Source: an uncultured delta proteobacterium
GTDB lineage: Bacteria; Myxococcota_A; Polyangia; Haliangiales; Haliangiaceae
Direction: 5' to 3'
Assembly: GCA_963848295.1 (NCBI GenBank)
Contig: CAWKDB010000010.1
Span: forward strand, 4,416,001 to 4,480,000
DNA: 64,000 nt
Shown here: positions 25,727 through 43,774 of the stretch, piece by piece
Position numbering within the stretch: the first letter of the stretch is position 1
How the letters are laid out: every line of letters begins with the position of its first letter
Program-made: the position numbers and the translations under genes
Notes under the pieces: generated by a model
What the model was told of the DNA's origin: nothing
Database searches by the model: none
Seen by the model: only the letters and a program-made list of their open reading frames with translations

Positions 25727-27097
25727 ATGACCTGGTTCGCGGAACAGCGCAGGTGGCGCGCGATCGTCGCGGTCGTCGGGCTCGCCGCTGCGTTCGGCGC
25801 AGGCGCGTGGTGGTATCTGCGCGCCGGATCGGACGACGGCCGTGTAGCCGGGCAAGCCTGCTCGGCCGGTGCTGCGCCGCGTATCGAGATCCACATCCAA
25901 CATCGCGCGAGCGCAGCGGCGATCGCGAGGCCGTACGGCTACCCCGAGTTCCCCGGCTCGCGCGACCCCGAGCTGGCCCGCTGGGAAGTCGAACGCGTGG
26001 CGCAGAAACATGAGGCGAGCGCGCTCGCCCAGCTCGCGCTCGATCCCGACGTCACCGAGGCGTTCGTCGCACCGCAGCTCGTGCTGCCGGACGAGCTGAA
26101 CGAGCCGGCGATCCGCCGCGACGGCGACAGCTGCCCGGTCAAGACGCCGGAGTACCACGAGCATCAGGGCTACCTCGACCAGGCTCCCGGGGGCATCGAC
26201 GCGGCGTTCGCGTGGCGCCAGGGCATCCGCGGCGCCGGCGTATGGTTCGCCGATGTCGAAGGCGCGTGGAACAGCTCGCACGAGGACCTGCCGGGCTCGC
26301 GCATCACGGTGCTCGCGACGCAGCTAACCGGCGCGAGTTGGCGCGCGCATGGCACTGCGGTGCTCGGCGAGGTCGTCGGCAGCGACAACGGCAAGGGCAT
26401 GATCGGCATCGCGCCGGACGTCGAGCGCGTGTTCGTCTCGCCGATCGCGCGAAGGAACGTCGCAGAGGCGATCGATCGCGCCGCGGGGCATCTGCGCGCC
26501 GGCGACGTGCTGTTGATCGAGTTGCAGAGCACGGGACCGCGTGGTCGCTACTTGCCGGTCGAATACTGGGACGACGTGTACGACGCGATTCGCGCCGCGA
26601 CCGATCGCGGCGTCGTGGTGATCGAGGCGGCGGGTAACGGCGGCGAGGATCTCGACAACCGCCGGTACGACGGCAAGCTATCCCGCAGCGGGCGCGACTC
26701 CGGCGCCATCATGGTCGGAGCGGGCGCACCTCCGCGTGCAGGGTTCACCGACCGCGAGCGGCTCGACTTCTCGAACTACGGTAGCCGACTCGATGTCCAG
26801 GGTTGGGGCCGCAAGGTGGCGACGCTCGACTACGGCGATCTGCAGGCGTGTGATGGCGGTGTCGATCGCCACTACACCGGCGAATTCGCCGGCACGTCGA
26901 GCGCGTCGCCGATCGTCGCGGGTGCCGCGATCCTGATCGAGGAACGAGCCCGGCGTGACGGCGAGACGCTGACGCCGAACCGCGTGCGCGATCTGCTGCG
27001 CCGGACCGGGACGCCACAGGTCCGAACGCACCAGCAACCGATCGGTCCACGTCCAGATCTCGCGCGAGCATTCGGAGACCTCCACCGCACGCGGTGA
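25727..27097 (+). CDS. S8 subtilisin-like serine peptidase, N-terminally anchored
   Basis: Catalytic-triad motifs ADVEG, HGTAVLG and FAGTSSASP; oxyanion AAGNG. Confidence 0.9.
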   Translation: MTWFAEQRRWRAIVAVVGLAAAFGAGAWWYLRAGSDDGRVAGQACSAGAAPRIEIHIQHRASAAAIARPYGYPEFPGSRDPELARWEVERVAQKHEASALAQLALDPDVTEAFVAPQLVLPDELNEPAIRRDGDSCPVKTPEYHEHQGYLDQAPGGIDAAFAWRQGIRGAGVWFADVEGAWNSSHEDLPGSRITVLATQLTGASWRAHGTAVLGEVVGSDNGKGMIGIAPDVERVFVSPIARRNVAEAIDRAAGHLRAGDVLLIELQSTGPRGRYLPVEYWDDVYDAIRAATDRGVVVIEAAGNGGEDLDNRRYDGKLSRSGRDSGAIMVGAGAPPRAGFTDRERLDFSNYGSRLDVQGWGRKVATLDYGDLQACDGGVDRHYTGEFAGTSSASPIVAGAAILIEERARRDGETLTPNRVRDLLRRTGTPQVRTHQQPIGPRPDLARAFGDLHRTR

Positions 27098-27124
27098 CCT
27101 GCGACACCCCGCGGTCTCGCGGCG

Positions 27125-33486
<6,362 letters not shown>

Positions 33487-33490
<4 letters not shown>

Positions 33491-35181
33491 TGGACCTCGG
33501 TTCTGCCGTACAGCGCCCGCGTGATGGTTTCGGCGCGAGCCGGCTTGACGATGTGATCGTCGAAGCCGGCTTGGAATGCGGTAGAGCGGTCGCTCGCCTG
33601 GCCGTATCCGGTCATCGCGATGAGGCGCAGGGCGGTGCGCGGCAAGTCGGTGCGCAGCGCCCGCGCGATCTCGTAACCGTCCATGCCGGGCAGGCCGATG
33701 TCGATCAACGCGACGTCGGGCCGGCGCGATCGGATCAGCTCGACCGCGGACGGACCGTCGTTTGCGGTCACCACGTCGTGGCCGCGCATGCGCAACAAGT
33801 CGGCGACGAGGTCTCGCAGATCGGGCGCATCGTCGACGACCACGATGCTCAGCGGCGGCTCGCCGTCGTCGAGCATGCCGGTCGTGCTGCGCCGCTTCGC
33901 GAGCTCGTCCTGAGTCGCGAGCGGCAGGCGGAGCTCGAAGCTGCTGCCGGTGCCGGGGCCCGCGCTCTCGGCGAACAGCGAGCCATGATGCAGGTCGACG
34001 AGCCGCTTCGCGAGCCCGAGGCCCAACCCGAGCCCGCCAGCACCATCGCCTCCAGCGCGTTCTTGCACGAACATGTCGAAGATCCGCGGCAACATCTCCG
34101 GCGGAATGCCGCGGCCGTTGTCGATCACGCGGATGCGTGCGAAGTCGTCCTCTTGGCCCCACGCGACGGCGATCTCGCCGCCCGGTTCGGTGTACTTGAT
34201 GGCGTTCGACAGGAGATTCGTCACGACCTGGATGAGCCGCAACGGATCGCCGAACACGCTCGGTGGCGTTGCCGATCCAGCGGTGACGACGATGCGATGC
34301 CCGCGCGCGTCGGCGGCCGTGCGGACCTCGGCGATCGCTTCGTCGACGATGGTGTCGAGCGCGACGAGCTCGCGCCGTAACTCGAGTCGTCCGGTCTGAA
34401 ACCGCGCGACGTCGAGCAGGTCATCGACCAGCCTGCCGATGTGATGGACCTGGCGCTGGATGATCGACCGCACGCGTGGGGTCAGCGGTTTGTCGCTGTC
34501 GAGGTCCATGATCTCGACGGCGGTCTGCAGCGGCTGCAGCGGGTTGCGCAGCTCGTGCGCGAGGATCGCGAGGAACTCGTCCTTGCGTCGATCGGTTTCG
34601 GCGAGCTGGTGCATCTGGTGGGCGAGCGCGTCGGCCTCGAACCGCCGGCGTTGCATCGTCAGCTCGCGCTCGTGCGAGCGCGCCTGTGCGATCCGCAGCT
34701 CTTCGCCCTTTTGCTGCAGCTCGAACGTTCGCTCTTGTAGCTGGACGAGCACGCTCGCTTTCGCGCGCAGGACCTCGGCACGGATCGGCTTGATCAAGAA
34801 GTCGAGCGCGCCGAGCTCGTAGCCGCGAATGACCTCGTCGTCTTCCCACGACAAGCCGGTGACAAACAAGATCGGCGTCGTCCGGTTGCGCGGGCGAGCG
34901 CGGATCAGGCGCGCCGTCTCGAACCCGTCCATCCCGGGCATCGCGACATCGAGGATGACGAGCACGAAGTCCCGCTCGAGCAGTCGACTCAAGGCTTCCA
35001 GCCCCGAACGGGCAAGCACGAGCGGCCGGCCGAGCGGCTGCAACGCCGCTTCGATCGCCACGAGGTTCGCTTCGTTGTCGTCGACGACCAAGATGTCGCG
35101 CCCGAACGTCACGGGGTCGTCAGCCGCGTCGGACGTCGGGAGTTGGTCGTCACAACTGGTACTCCTGCTACTGCCCACCAA
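33487..35181 (-). CDS. Hybrid sensor kinase/response regulator (REC-HisKA-HATPase-REC); true start may be 35112
   Basis: [46 protein letters not shown] and a C-terminal REC. Stop overlaps the start of the giant kinase. Confidence 0.92.
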
Positions 35182-35193
35182 CCCGGTAGATGT

Positions 35194-35209
35194 TGCAGGC
35201 CATGTGCCC
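35194..35209 (-). promoter_or_regulatory. Putative sigma54 promoter for the kinase operon
   Basis: gGGCACatggccTGCA matches the -24 GG / -12 GC spacing; AGGAG SD downstream. Confidence 0.55.
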
Positions 35210-35317
35210 CACCACGGCGGTGCTCACGCCCAGTTCGCTCAGCAATTCCCGAGCCTTTCGCGACCGGGCGTCAGTCGACCCGTGCGGCAGCGCCCGGTGC
35301 GCGAATTCGCGCGCCGG

Positions 35318-36217
35318 CTAGCAGCTTGGAACCAAGTCGTGGCCGGCGAAGAACTCGTCGACCAACGCCTGCCATGCGCGCCCGTTCTCGGGCGGCCCGC
35401 ACTTGAAGGCAGGTCTTGCCAGCTTGCCGCGCCGCCGCATCTCGGACTGCTCGTCGAAATAACGGACGGCGAGCTCGGCGGCGTACTCGCGCACCGAGTC
35501 GCCGTTGTTCGGCTGGAACGCGTAGTACGTGCCGCCGCGCACGACCGTGGCATTCGGTGCGTACGGCGATAGGCACTTCATCGTGGGATGCTTGCCGCAG
35601 CGATCGAGGATCGCGTCGTAGTCTTTCGCGAGCGTGTGGTGCGACCAATCGCCGTGGTCCTCATCGTTGAGATGAAATAGCTCGTGAACCAGCGTCTCGT
35701 GCACGCCGTCTTCGCTCGTCACCAGCGAGCCCTCGACGTTGTAGATGATCGTCCAGCTTCCCGCGTACGCACTCGGCGTGTGCTTGCCGACCGAACGCAC
35801 GAACCCGAGCTCGAGCGCGTGCCAGCGATACCCCGGTGGCCCGTCGGGGAATTGCTCCGCGAAGAACGTGTCGATCTTCGCCATCGCGCTGGCGACCCAC
35901 GCGAGGTGCTGGCGATAGCTGCGGATCGGCAGCTCCGGCACGAGATGGATCTTGCCGCGATAGCCGCCGTCCATGATCTCGTCCGCGCCGACGCCAGCGA
36001 GATCGCCGGTCGCGTCGTACAACGCTCGCGCGAGCGCGCTCGCTTTCGCGTCCTTGGCATAGCGCGCGGCGATCAAGCACGCGGTGTCGGTGCACGCCGC
36101 CGGCGCGCCGTCGGGGAACAACCGCTTCGCCGCCGCGTCGAACGCGATCGCGGGATCGGCGAGCGCCCGGGCGCAGGTCAACGCGACGACCGTGAACGCA
36201 GCCAGCCCGACTCGCAT
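35318..36217 (-). CDS. Secreted hypothetical protein with HExxH motif (putative zinc metallopeptidase)
   Basis: Signal peptide ending ALA-D, TLVHELFH, downstream REYAAEL, Cys pairs. Confidence 0.7.
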   Translation of the reverse strand: MRVGLAAFTVVALTCARALADPAIAFDAAAKRLFPDGAPAACTDTACLIAARYAKDAKASALARALYDATGDLAGVGADEIMDGGYRGKIHLVPELPIRSYRQHLAWVASAMAKIDTFFAEQFPDGPPGYRWHALELGFVRSVGKHTPSAYAGSWTIIYNVEGSLVTSEDGVHETLVHELFHLNDEDHGDWSHHTLAKDYDAILDRCGKHPTMKCLSPYAPNATVVRGGTYYAFQPNNGDSVREYAAELAVRYFDEQSEMRRRGKLARPAFKCGPPENGRAWQALVDEFFAGHDLVPSC

Positions 36218-36281
36218 CGCTCGATCGTAATCGATCACCGCCGGCGCGCCAGGCTCGAGTGAGTGCGGTAGCGTCGGCGCC

Positions 36282-38339
36282 ATGAAGATCGCCGCCATCG
36301 GACTCGGGGTCGCGCTCGCTAGTTGTGGAGCCCGCAAGGAGCCTCAGCCACGCAGCCACGCCGGATCGGGGTCCGGCGCGTCGAACGACATGGGATCGGA
36401 CCGGGGCTCGGCGCGCGACGGCAGTGCCGCGCCGTCGGCGAGGTACGATCAGCTCGCGCCGGCCGACTTCAACCGCTTTGCGGTGAGGCTCGATCTGCCG
36501 GTGCTGTGGAGTGACGCGAACCACGACAAGGCGATCCAACCCGACGAGGTTTCGTCGCTGCTGTTCTATCCGCCACGCGGACCGTGGATCGACGACGGCA
36601 AGCTCACGCCCGCGTTCGACCAGGCCTACGCCGCGATCCTCGCGGCTTCGAAGGCACCGGCACCGGATGACGTGCGGCGCCGGTTGGTCGACGAGGACCT
36701 CGACGCCGGCAAGCCGACGTTGATCCACAGCGACCTGCGTTCGTTGTCCGCGGACGACAAGCAGTTCGTGACGATGATGCTCCAGATCGCGGCGTCGATC
36801 GACGCGCTCTACGACACCCAGACCGGCGCCGCCGCGCTCGCCGACAAGGTGCCGGACGAGCCCGACAGCCGCAGCTTGTTTCGGCGCAATCGCGGACCGC
36901 GGTGCGTCGGTCCGCAAAGCGCGCTCGCGCCGGAGTGCTCGGCGATCCCCGGAGCGCCGAAGCCGATCGTATCGGTCTATCCCGCCGAGATGCAGCGCGA
37001 CGACAACTTCTGCAAGGCGATCGAGGGCCGGCCGGATGCCGCCAAGCTGCTCGGGCCGTTCACCGTGGTCAGCGCGGCGGCGCCGGCTGCAGCTCGTGGC
37101 GCTGCGCCCGCTCTGATAGCCGTCCCGTACTCGACCGCGTACCCCGATCGCATGACGAAGGTCTCCGACGAGCTCGTCGCGGCCGCCGGCGCGATCAAGG
37201 ACCCGGCCGAGCAGCCGCTCGTGACCTACCTCCGCGCCGCCGCGGCGAGCTTCAAGTCGAACGACTGGACGCCCGCCGACGAGGCCTGGGCGAAGATGAC
37301 GGTCGACAACTCGAAGTGGTACGTGCGCGCCGCCCCGGACGAGACCTACTGGGACCCGTGCAACCACAAGGCGGGCTTTCACCTGACGTTCGCGCGGATC
37401 GATGCTGGCTCGAAGCACTGGCAGAGCGTGCTGACGCCGTTGCAGCAGGAGATGGAAGCCGCGGTCGCTGCCCACGCGGGGGCGCCGTACGTCGCGCGCA
37501 AGGTGACGTTCCACCTCCCCGACTTCATCGACATCATCATCAACGCCGGCGATGATCGCCAGGGGCTCGGCGGGACCGCCGGCGAGAGCTTGCCGAACTT
37601 CGGCCCGGTCGCGAACGGCGGGCGCGGGCGGACGGTCGCGATGGTCAACCTCGACGCCGATCCGAGCGAGGCGACGACGCGCCGCGCGCAGATCGAGAGC
37701 GTGCTCGACGCGGCCTCGATGAAGCTGTACTCGGACTCGCGCGAGCCCGGGTTGCTCACGACGATCCTGCACGAGGCGACGCACAACCTCGGACCGGCGC
37801 ACCAGTACAAGGTCGCGGGCAAGGACGACGAGCAGGTGTTCGGCGGTCCGGTCGCCTCGATGCTCGAGGAGCTCAAGGCCGAGACCGGGGCGCTGTACCT
37901 GGTCGAGATGCTGCGCTCCAAGAAGCTGATCAGCGACGAGCTCGCGCACCAGACGTACGTCGCGGCGTTGAACTGGGCGTTCCATCACACCGCGGAGGGC
38001 ATGTACGGCGCCCACCAGTCGCCGAAGACGTATGGCCAGCTCGCCGCGATCCAGCTCGGGTTCTTGATCGACCACGGCGTCCTCGAGTGGAAGCCCGACG
38101 CCACGGCGGCGAATGGCAAGGACAAGGGCGCGTTCACGTTGCACGTCGACAAGATGCCGGCGGCGGCCGACGACATGATGAAGCTCGTCGCCGGGATCAA
38201 AGCGCGTGGCGACAAGGCCGCGGCGCTCGCGCTGATCGCGAAGTACGTCGACTCCAAGGCGATCGTACCGCACGACATGCTCGCGGAGCGCTACCTGCGG
38301 TTTCCGCGCGCGAGCTACGTCTACGCGGTCGATCTCTAG
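36282..38339 (+). CDS. Peptidase M49 (dipeptidyl-peptidase III-like) lipoprotein
   Basis: LASC lipobox; ESLPN, ILHEATHNLGP and LEELKAE motifs as in pentapeptide-type DPP III. Confidence 0.8.
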   Translation: MKIAAIGLGVALASCGARKEPQPRSHAGSGSGASNDMGSDRGSARDGSAAPSARYDQLAPADFNRFAVRLDLPVLWSDANHDKAIQPDEVSSLLFYPPRGPWIDDGKLTPAFDQAYAAILAASKAPAPDDVRRRLVDEDLDAGKPTLIHSDLRSLSADDKQFVTMMLQIAASIDALYDTQTGAAALADKVPDEPDSRSLFRRNRGPRCVGPQSALAPECSAIPGAPKPIVSVYPAEMQRDDNFCKAIEGRPDAAKLLGPFTVVSAAAPAAARGAAPALIAVPYSTAYPDRMTKVSDELVAAAGAIKDPAEQPLVTYLRAAAASFKSNDWTPADEAWAKMTVDNSKWYVRAAPDETYWDPCNHKAGFHLTFARIDAGSKHWQSVLTPLQQEMEAAVAAHAGAPYVARKVTFHLPDFIDIIINAGDDRQGLGGTAGESLPNFGPVANGGRGRTVAMVNLDADPSEATTRRAQIESVLDAASMKLYSDSREPGLLTTILHEATHNLGPAHQYKVAGKDDEQVFGGPVASMLEELKAETGALYLVEMLRSKKLISDELAHQTYVAALNWAFHHTAEGMYGAHQSPKTYGQLAAIQLGFLIDHGVLEWKPDATAANGKDKGAFTLHVDKMPAAADDMMKLVAGIKARGDKAAALALIAKYVDSKAIVPHDMLAERYLRFPRASYVYAVDL

Positions 38340-39013
38340 ATCTCGCGCCGAAAGTAGAACTGCATCTGCGAGGCGAGATCAGGCGATGCGGCGAACACCT
38401 GGCTCGCGGCCGGCGCGGCGACCCATTGGTTCGAGGTCTGGAGCCGCATCGGGTCGTAGTCGAAGTTCGCCATCACGTGCAGGCGAATGTTCGCGCCGAC
38501 GAACGTGCCGCGGACGATGCGGAGCTCGCCGCCGAACCCGAAGAAGCCTTCGGGGAACACCCGGTCGGCGTGGATCGTGCTGTCGCCGTACGGCACCGAC
38601 AGTCGGGTCAGCTCGGCGCCCGCCCCGAGCTGCGCGTAGCCGCGCAGCCACGGCGTGAACTGCGTGCGCAGACCGATCGCCGTCGACAGCAGCGCCGATT
38701 CGCGATCGAGCGGAAGGTCGCTCGCTTGCCCTTTACCGATCGTGCCGTAGACATCGAGCCCGGACTCGAGGAACAGCGGGCCGCGCAGCGTGCGCTGGCC
38801 GAAGACCCCGAGACCATCCATCCGGCACTCGGTCCAGCTACCGGGATCGAATTGCTCGGTGCGGCGAAAGCCGTAGCCGCCGACCCGCGCACCGACCGCC
38901 CAGGTCGGCGTCGGTTCGGCGATCACCCCGCTCGATGTCGACATCTCCGGGTCGGCGGCGGCGGTGGTGGCGATGATGGCGGAGAACGCGACGGCGGCGA
39001 TGATCGATCTCAT
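38336..39013 (-). CDS. Outer membrane beta-barrel protein
   Basis: Signal peptide, amphipathic strands, aromatic C-terminal strand MQFYFRREI. Confidence 0.65.
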   Translation of the reverse strand: MRSIIAAVAFSAIIATTAAADPEMSTSSGVIAEPTPTWAVGARVGGYGFRRTEQFDPGSWTECRMDGLGVFGQRTLRGPLFLESGLDVYGTIGKGQASDLPLDRESALLSTAIGLRTQFTPWLRGYAQLGAGAELTRLSVPYGDSTIHADRVFPEGFFGFGGELRIVRGTFVGANIRLHVMANFDYDPMRLQTSNQWVAAPAASQVFAASPDLASQMQFYFRREI

Positions 39014-39168
39014 TGCCGACCTTGCCGTTCACAGGTCGCGCCGGCCCCGCTTGTCAGCGCGCGGTCACTCGAAGTAAACCGCGCGTCACGCCGAGTGTGG
39101 TGGATCACCACGCAGCGGTGGGATTCGCGACAGGTGGAGGCGGCAACCCCGCGGCCGGCGATCCCCGC

Positions 39169-40395
39169 TCAGCCGATCCCGATCAGCTCGCGCGCCGCGG
39201 CGAGCAAGTTGATGTCGGTCGTGCCGGCGCCGAGCTCGAGCAGCTTCGCGTCGCGCGCGAGCTTCTCGAGGCCCAGCTCCTCCATGTAGCCGTAGCCGCC
39301 GTGGATCTGGATCGAGGTCAGCGCGGCATCGACCGCGAGCTGCGCGCACATCGCCTTCGTCGCGTTGATGAACGGTAAGTCGCGTACGCCGTGCTGCTGC
39401 ATCCACGCGAGCCGAAACACGACGTTCTCGACCGTGCGCAGCTTCAAGAACAGATCGGTGATCTTGAGCTGCACCGCCTGGAACTCGCCGATCGGGCGAC
39501 CGAACTGCTGGCGCTCGCGCACGTACGCCAGGCTCATGTCGTAGCAGCGCTCGATGATGCCCCACGCCATCGCGGGAACTCCCGAGCGTTCGTTGCCGAG
39601 TGAGTCCTTGGTATCGGTGCGGCCGCCTTGGCCCTTCTCCGCGCCGCCGAGCAGATGCTCCTTGCCGAGTCGGACCTCGTCGAAGAACACCTCGCTCGTC
39701 GGCGAGTCGCGCATCCCCATCTTCTTGAACGGCGGGCCGACCGTGACGCCGTTCGTGCCGCGCTCGACGATGAACGTCGCGACGCCTTGACCGGCGGGAG
39801 GCTCGCCGCGATCGATCTTCGCGTAGACCAGGAACACGTCGGCGCCCGGGCCGTTCGTGATGAACGTCTTGCTGCCGGTCAGCGCGTAGCCGTCGCCATC
39901 GGGCTTCGCGGTCGTGCGCATCGAGCCGAACGCGTCGGAGCCCGCGCCGGGCTCGGTCAAGCACCACGACCCGATCAGCTGGAGCGTCGACAGCGGCAAG
40001 CCCCAGCGCTCGATCTGATCGGCGGTGCCCTTCGACACGATCGCGCCGCCGACGAGTCCGAGCGACACGCCGAAGCCCATCGCGAACCCGGGTGACACGC
40101 GCGACAGCTCCTTGACGACGACGTACATCATCATCGGGCCACCGCCCATCGCGCTGCCCATCGCGCGCTCCGGTCGTTCGCTCGGCGCGTCGCCGGCGCG
40201 CAGCCGGTCGATGCGCTTCTTCACCGATGCACCGAGCATCGCGTCGAACCCGAACGACTTGGCGAGGTGCTTCATCAGCGCGAACGGTTGTTCGGTCCCT
40301 GCTTCGAGTGCGGGGATGTGCGGCTGCAATTGCTTTTCGCACCATTGGCGGATCACTCCGCCGACCATCTTGGTTTGCTCGTCGAGGTCGAACAC
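39169..40395 (-). CDS. Acyl-CoA dehydrogenase
   Basis: CLTEPGAGSD, GSKTFITNG, RQQFGRPIGEFQAVQ and QIHGGYGY motifs. Confidence 0.95.
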   Translation of the reverse strand: MFDLDEQTKMVGGVIRQWCEKQLQPHIPALEAGTEQPFALMKHLAKSFGFDAMLGASVKKRIDRLRAGDAPSERPERAMGSAMGGGPMMMYVVVKELSRVSPGFAMGFGVSLGLVGGAIVSKGTADQIERWGLPLSTLQLIGSWCLTEPGAGSDAFGSMRTTAKPDGDGYALTGSKTFITNGPGADVFLVYAKIDRGEPPAGQGVATFIVERGTNGVTVGPPFKKMGMRDSPTSEVFFDEVRLGKEHLLGGAEKGQGGRTDTKDSLGNERSGVPAMAWGIIERCYDMSLAYVRERQQFGRPIGEFQAVQLKITDLFLKLRTVENVVFRLAWMQQHGVRDLPFINATKAMCAQLAVDAALTSIQIHGGYGYMEELGLEKLARDAKLLELGAGTTDINLLAAARELIGIG

Positions 40396-40418
40396 GCGCG
40401 CATGGTACCGTAAACGCC

Positions 40419-40826
40419 ATGCTCGACGACGCTACGAACGAGTGGTTACGCGCGCTGTTGGCACGCCATCACGCGATCGCCGGCACCGTCCATGTCGTGC
40501 GCGGCGAGCTGCTAGAGATCACCGGGGCGATCAACATCCCGCCGAAGGTTCGCGAGATCACCGCGAAGGTCCCATTCGGCAAGGGCATGGCCGGGCTCGC
40601 GTGGGAGCGCGATCAGCCGGTGCAGACGTGCAACCTGAAAGAAGACGCGACCGGCGACGTCAAGCCCGGCGCCAAGGCGGTCGATGCGCGCGCTGCCGTC
40701 GCGCTGCCGATCCACGACGCTGCCGGCGCGGTGCGCGCGGTCGTCGGGCTCGCGTGGATGGACGAGCGCGAGCTGCCTGCCCCCGAGGTCGCGCTGATCG
40801 CGGCCGACGCGAGCTCGTTGCCGTAG
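40419..40826 (+). CDS. Stand-alone GAF domain protein
   Basis: VPFGKGMAGLAWER and AVALPI GAF-type motifs. Confidence 0.8.
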   Translation: MLDDATNEWLRALLARHHAIAGTVHVVRGELLEITGAINIPPKVREITAKVPFGKGMAGLAWERDQPVQTCNLKEDATGDVKPGAKAVDARAAVALPIHDAAGAVRAVVGLAWMDERELPAPEVALIAADASSLP

Positions 40827-40828
40827 GT

Positions 40829-41683
<855 letters not shown>

Positions 41684-41695
41684 GCCGGCGACAAG

Positions 41696-41711
41696 TGCAG
41701 CGACCGTGCCG
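41696..41711 (-). promoter_or_regulatory. Putative sigma54 promoter for the DPBB lipoprotein
   Basis: cGGCACGgtcgcTGCA, 12 nt upstream of the GTG at 41683. Confidence 0.55.
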
Positions 41712-41896
41712 GCGCTGAGCGCGATGACGGTGCGCAGTCGTGACGGATCGGCTGGGACTGTTTCCCCAGGCTGATGACAACAGGTTTCGCCGTCGGCAAC
41801 TGGCGTCGGCCAGCTCACTCGAATGACGCGCGTTTTCGTGCGCGGCTCGTGCAAACGCCTGCACATTCGCACCGCGCGAGATGCGATGATGGCTGG

Positions 41897-42562
41897 ATGC
41901 GGGGCGCGTGGTTCGTCGTGTGTGCGGTCGCCGCGTGCGGCAACGCAGGGCACGGCGTCGCGGCCGACAGCTCGTGCGCGCCGTCGACCGTGTTCCTCGA
42001 TCGCCAAGGCGGCGACTACGATCTCGGCGCGTTCGACGACGCGACGATGAACCTCAGCGTCGTGCTCGACGGCCCGCGCACGTTGCCGCCGTGGCCGTAC
42101 GACGACGCGAACTGGACCGAGCTGACCGATTGCATCACGACCGGGTTCGCGCCGTTTCCGGTCACCGTGACCCAGACCGATCCCGGCGTGACGCCGCACT
42201 TCGAGATGGTGTTCTCGACTGCCTACTGGGGCGCGGGCGGACCCGCGGTCCCGACGATCATTCCGAGCAGCTGCCGCGCCGGCCATCAGATCGAGTTCGT
42301 GTTCGGCGACGCCGAGGCCTCGCCGACGAACGCGTGCGAGGCCGCGATGGGCGCGTTCGCCGAGATGGCCGCCCAGCTTTCGCCCGGCTACGACTGCCTC
42401 GACTTCACGAGCCCGGCGATGGATTGCGGTATCCGGTCGTATCTCGACGAAGACACGAACTGCGTCGATCAGTCGGGTGAACCGGCGCCGTGTCGCTGCG
42501 GCGGCACGACGCAAAATTCGGCCGAGGCGCTGCGCACCGTGTTCGGCACGTGTGCGAGCTAG
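41897..42562 (+). CDS. Cys-rich hypothetical lipoprotein
   Basis: VAAC lipobox, many Cys, C-terminal CRCGGTTQNS. Confidence 0.7.
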   Translation: MRGAWFVVCAVAACGNAGHGVAADSSCAPSTVFLDRQGGDYDLGAFDDATMNLSVVLDGPRTLPPWPYDDANWTELTDCITTGFAPFPVTVTQTDPGVTPHFEMVFSTAYWGAGGPAVPTIIPSSCRAGHQIEFVFGDAEASPTNACEAAMGAFAEMAAQLSPGYDCLDFTSPAMDCGIRSYLDEDTNCVDQSGEPAPCRCGGTTQNSAEALRTVFGTCAS

Positions 42563-43773
42563 CGAAGCACCTTCGCCAGCGCCGGCGCGAGATCGCCGCG
42601 CTTCACGACGTGCACCTTTTCGAGGCCGAGCCAGGTCGCCATCAACCGCAGCTCGCGCGCGAGCGCGGCGGCGACCGCCGGCTTGCCGCCGCGCGCTTCG
42701 GCGTGGCTGGCCTGGACGCGCAGCGTGCTCGCGGCGCGATCCGCTTTGAGGTCGACGCGCGCGACCATGCGATCGCCGAGCAGGAACGGCAACACGTAGT
42801 AGCCGTGGACGCGCTTGGGCTCGGGCACGTAGATCTCGAGCCGGAACTTCATCCCGAACAGCCGCTCGGTGCGATCGCGATGCCAGACCAGCGCGTCGAA
42901 CGGCGAGAGCAGCGCCGCCCGGTCGCTCGCACGCGGCGGCGACGCGTCGCGATGCAAGTACGCAGGTTTCGCCCAGCCCTCGACGTCGACCTGCTCGAGC
43001 ACGCCTGCGGCGACGAGCTCGGCGATCGCGGCGCGTGAAGGTGCGGGCTTGAGCCTGTAGTAGTCGCGGAGGTCCGCTTCGCTCGCGATGCCGAGCGCGC
43101 GCCCGGAGATCGCGATCAGCTCGCGATGGGCGTCGGCGATCGACGGGGTCGGCGCGGTCAGGGCCGCGCGCGGCAACACGCGTTCCGGCAGATCGTAGAG
43201 CCGCTCGAAGCCGCGGCGCGCCGCGGTCGTGACTTGGCCGCTCCAGAACAGCCACTCGAGCGCGCGCTTCGCGTCGGACCGTTCCCACCAGCCGCCGCGG
43301 CGCTTCGACCGCGCCGGCTTGCGCTCCGCGACGATGTCTTCGACGTCGCCCGCGCCGATCGGCCCGCGCTCGCCCACGATCGCGAGTACCGCCCCGACGA
43401 AGTCGCGCTGCTTCGCCATCCGGCGAATGTGGCCCCACGCGGTTCGCGACGCGCCGGCCATCCGCCAGCGAAACAGGCGATGCATCGCGACCGGCAACAA
43501 CGACGCCTCGTGGCCCCAGTACTCGAACAGCGCGCGAGTCTCGGTGTAGGCGAGCGCTTCGAGGTCGGCGACGTCGTACGCGCCGAGTCGGCTGAACACC
43601 GGCAAGAAATGCGAGCGGACGAGCACGTTGACCGAGTCGATCTGGATGACGCCGAGCTGATCCGCGAGCGCGCGGATCGCCGCTCGGTCCACGATGCGCG
43701 GGCGGGGACCGAAGCCCTGAGCCGCGATCGCGATCCGGCGCGCATCCTCGGCCGACAGCTCGAACCCGGCCAC
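42559..43773 (-). CDS. ycaQ: YcaQ/AlkZ-family (HTH_42) DNA crosslink glycosylase
   Basis: QIDSVNVLVRSH (QxD), FEYWGHEAS, LLSPFD and EIYVP..RVHGYYVLPFL. Confidence 0.9.
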   Translation of the reverse strand: MAGFELSAEDARRIAIAAQGFGPRPRIVDRAAIRALADQLGVIQIDSVNVLVRSHFLPVFSRLGAYDVADLEALAYTETRALFEYWGHEASLLPVAMHRLFRWRMAGASRTAWGHIRRMAKQRDFVGAVLAIVGERGPIGAGDVEDIVAERKPARSKRRGGWWERSDAKRALEWLFWSGQVTTAARRGFERLYDLPERVLPRAALTAPTPSIADAHRELIAISGRALGIASEADLRDYYRLKPAPSRAAIAELVAAGVLEQVDVEGWAKPAYLHRDASPPRASDRAALLSPFDALVWHRDRTERLFGMKFRLEIYVPEPKRVHGYYVLPFLLGDRMVARVDLKADRAASTLRVQASHAEARGGKPAVAAALARELRLMATWLGLEKVHVVKRGDLAPALAKVLR

Positions 43774-43774
43774 G

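Noticed and set aside
33491..34162. N-terminal extension of the giant kinase (2345 aa)
   Set aside because: It overlaps the upstream kinase in another frame; an SD-led ATG at 33490 is the better start.
41712..41890. Cyclic dinucleotide riboswitch upstream of the DPBB lipoprotein
   Set aside because: No recognisable GEMM or ydaO core sequence, and the putative promoter lies downstream of this stretch.
41684..43438. 869-aa minus-strand ORF
   Set aside because: Shadow of ycaQ and of the opposite-strand lipoprotein; only 40829-41683 looks protein-like.
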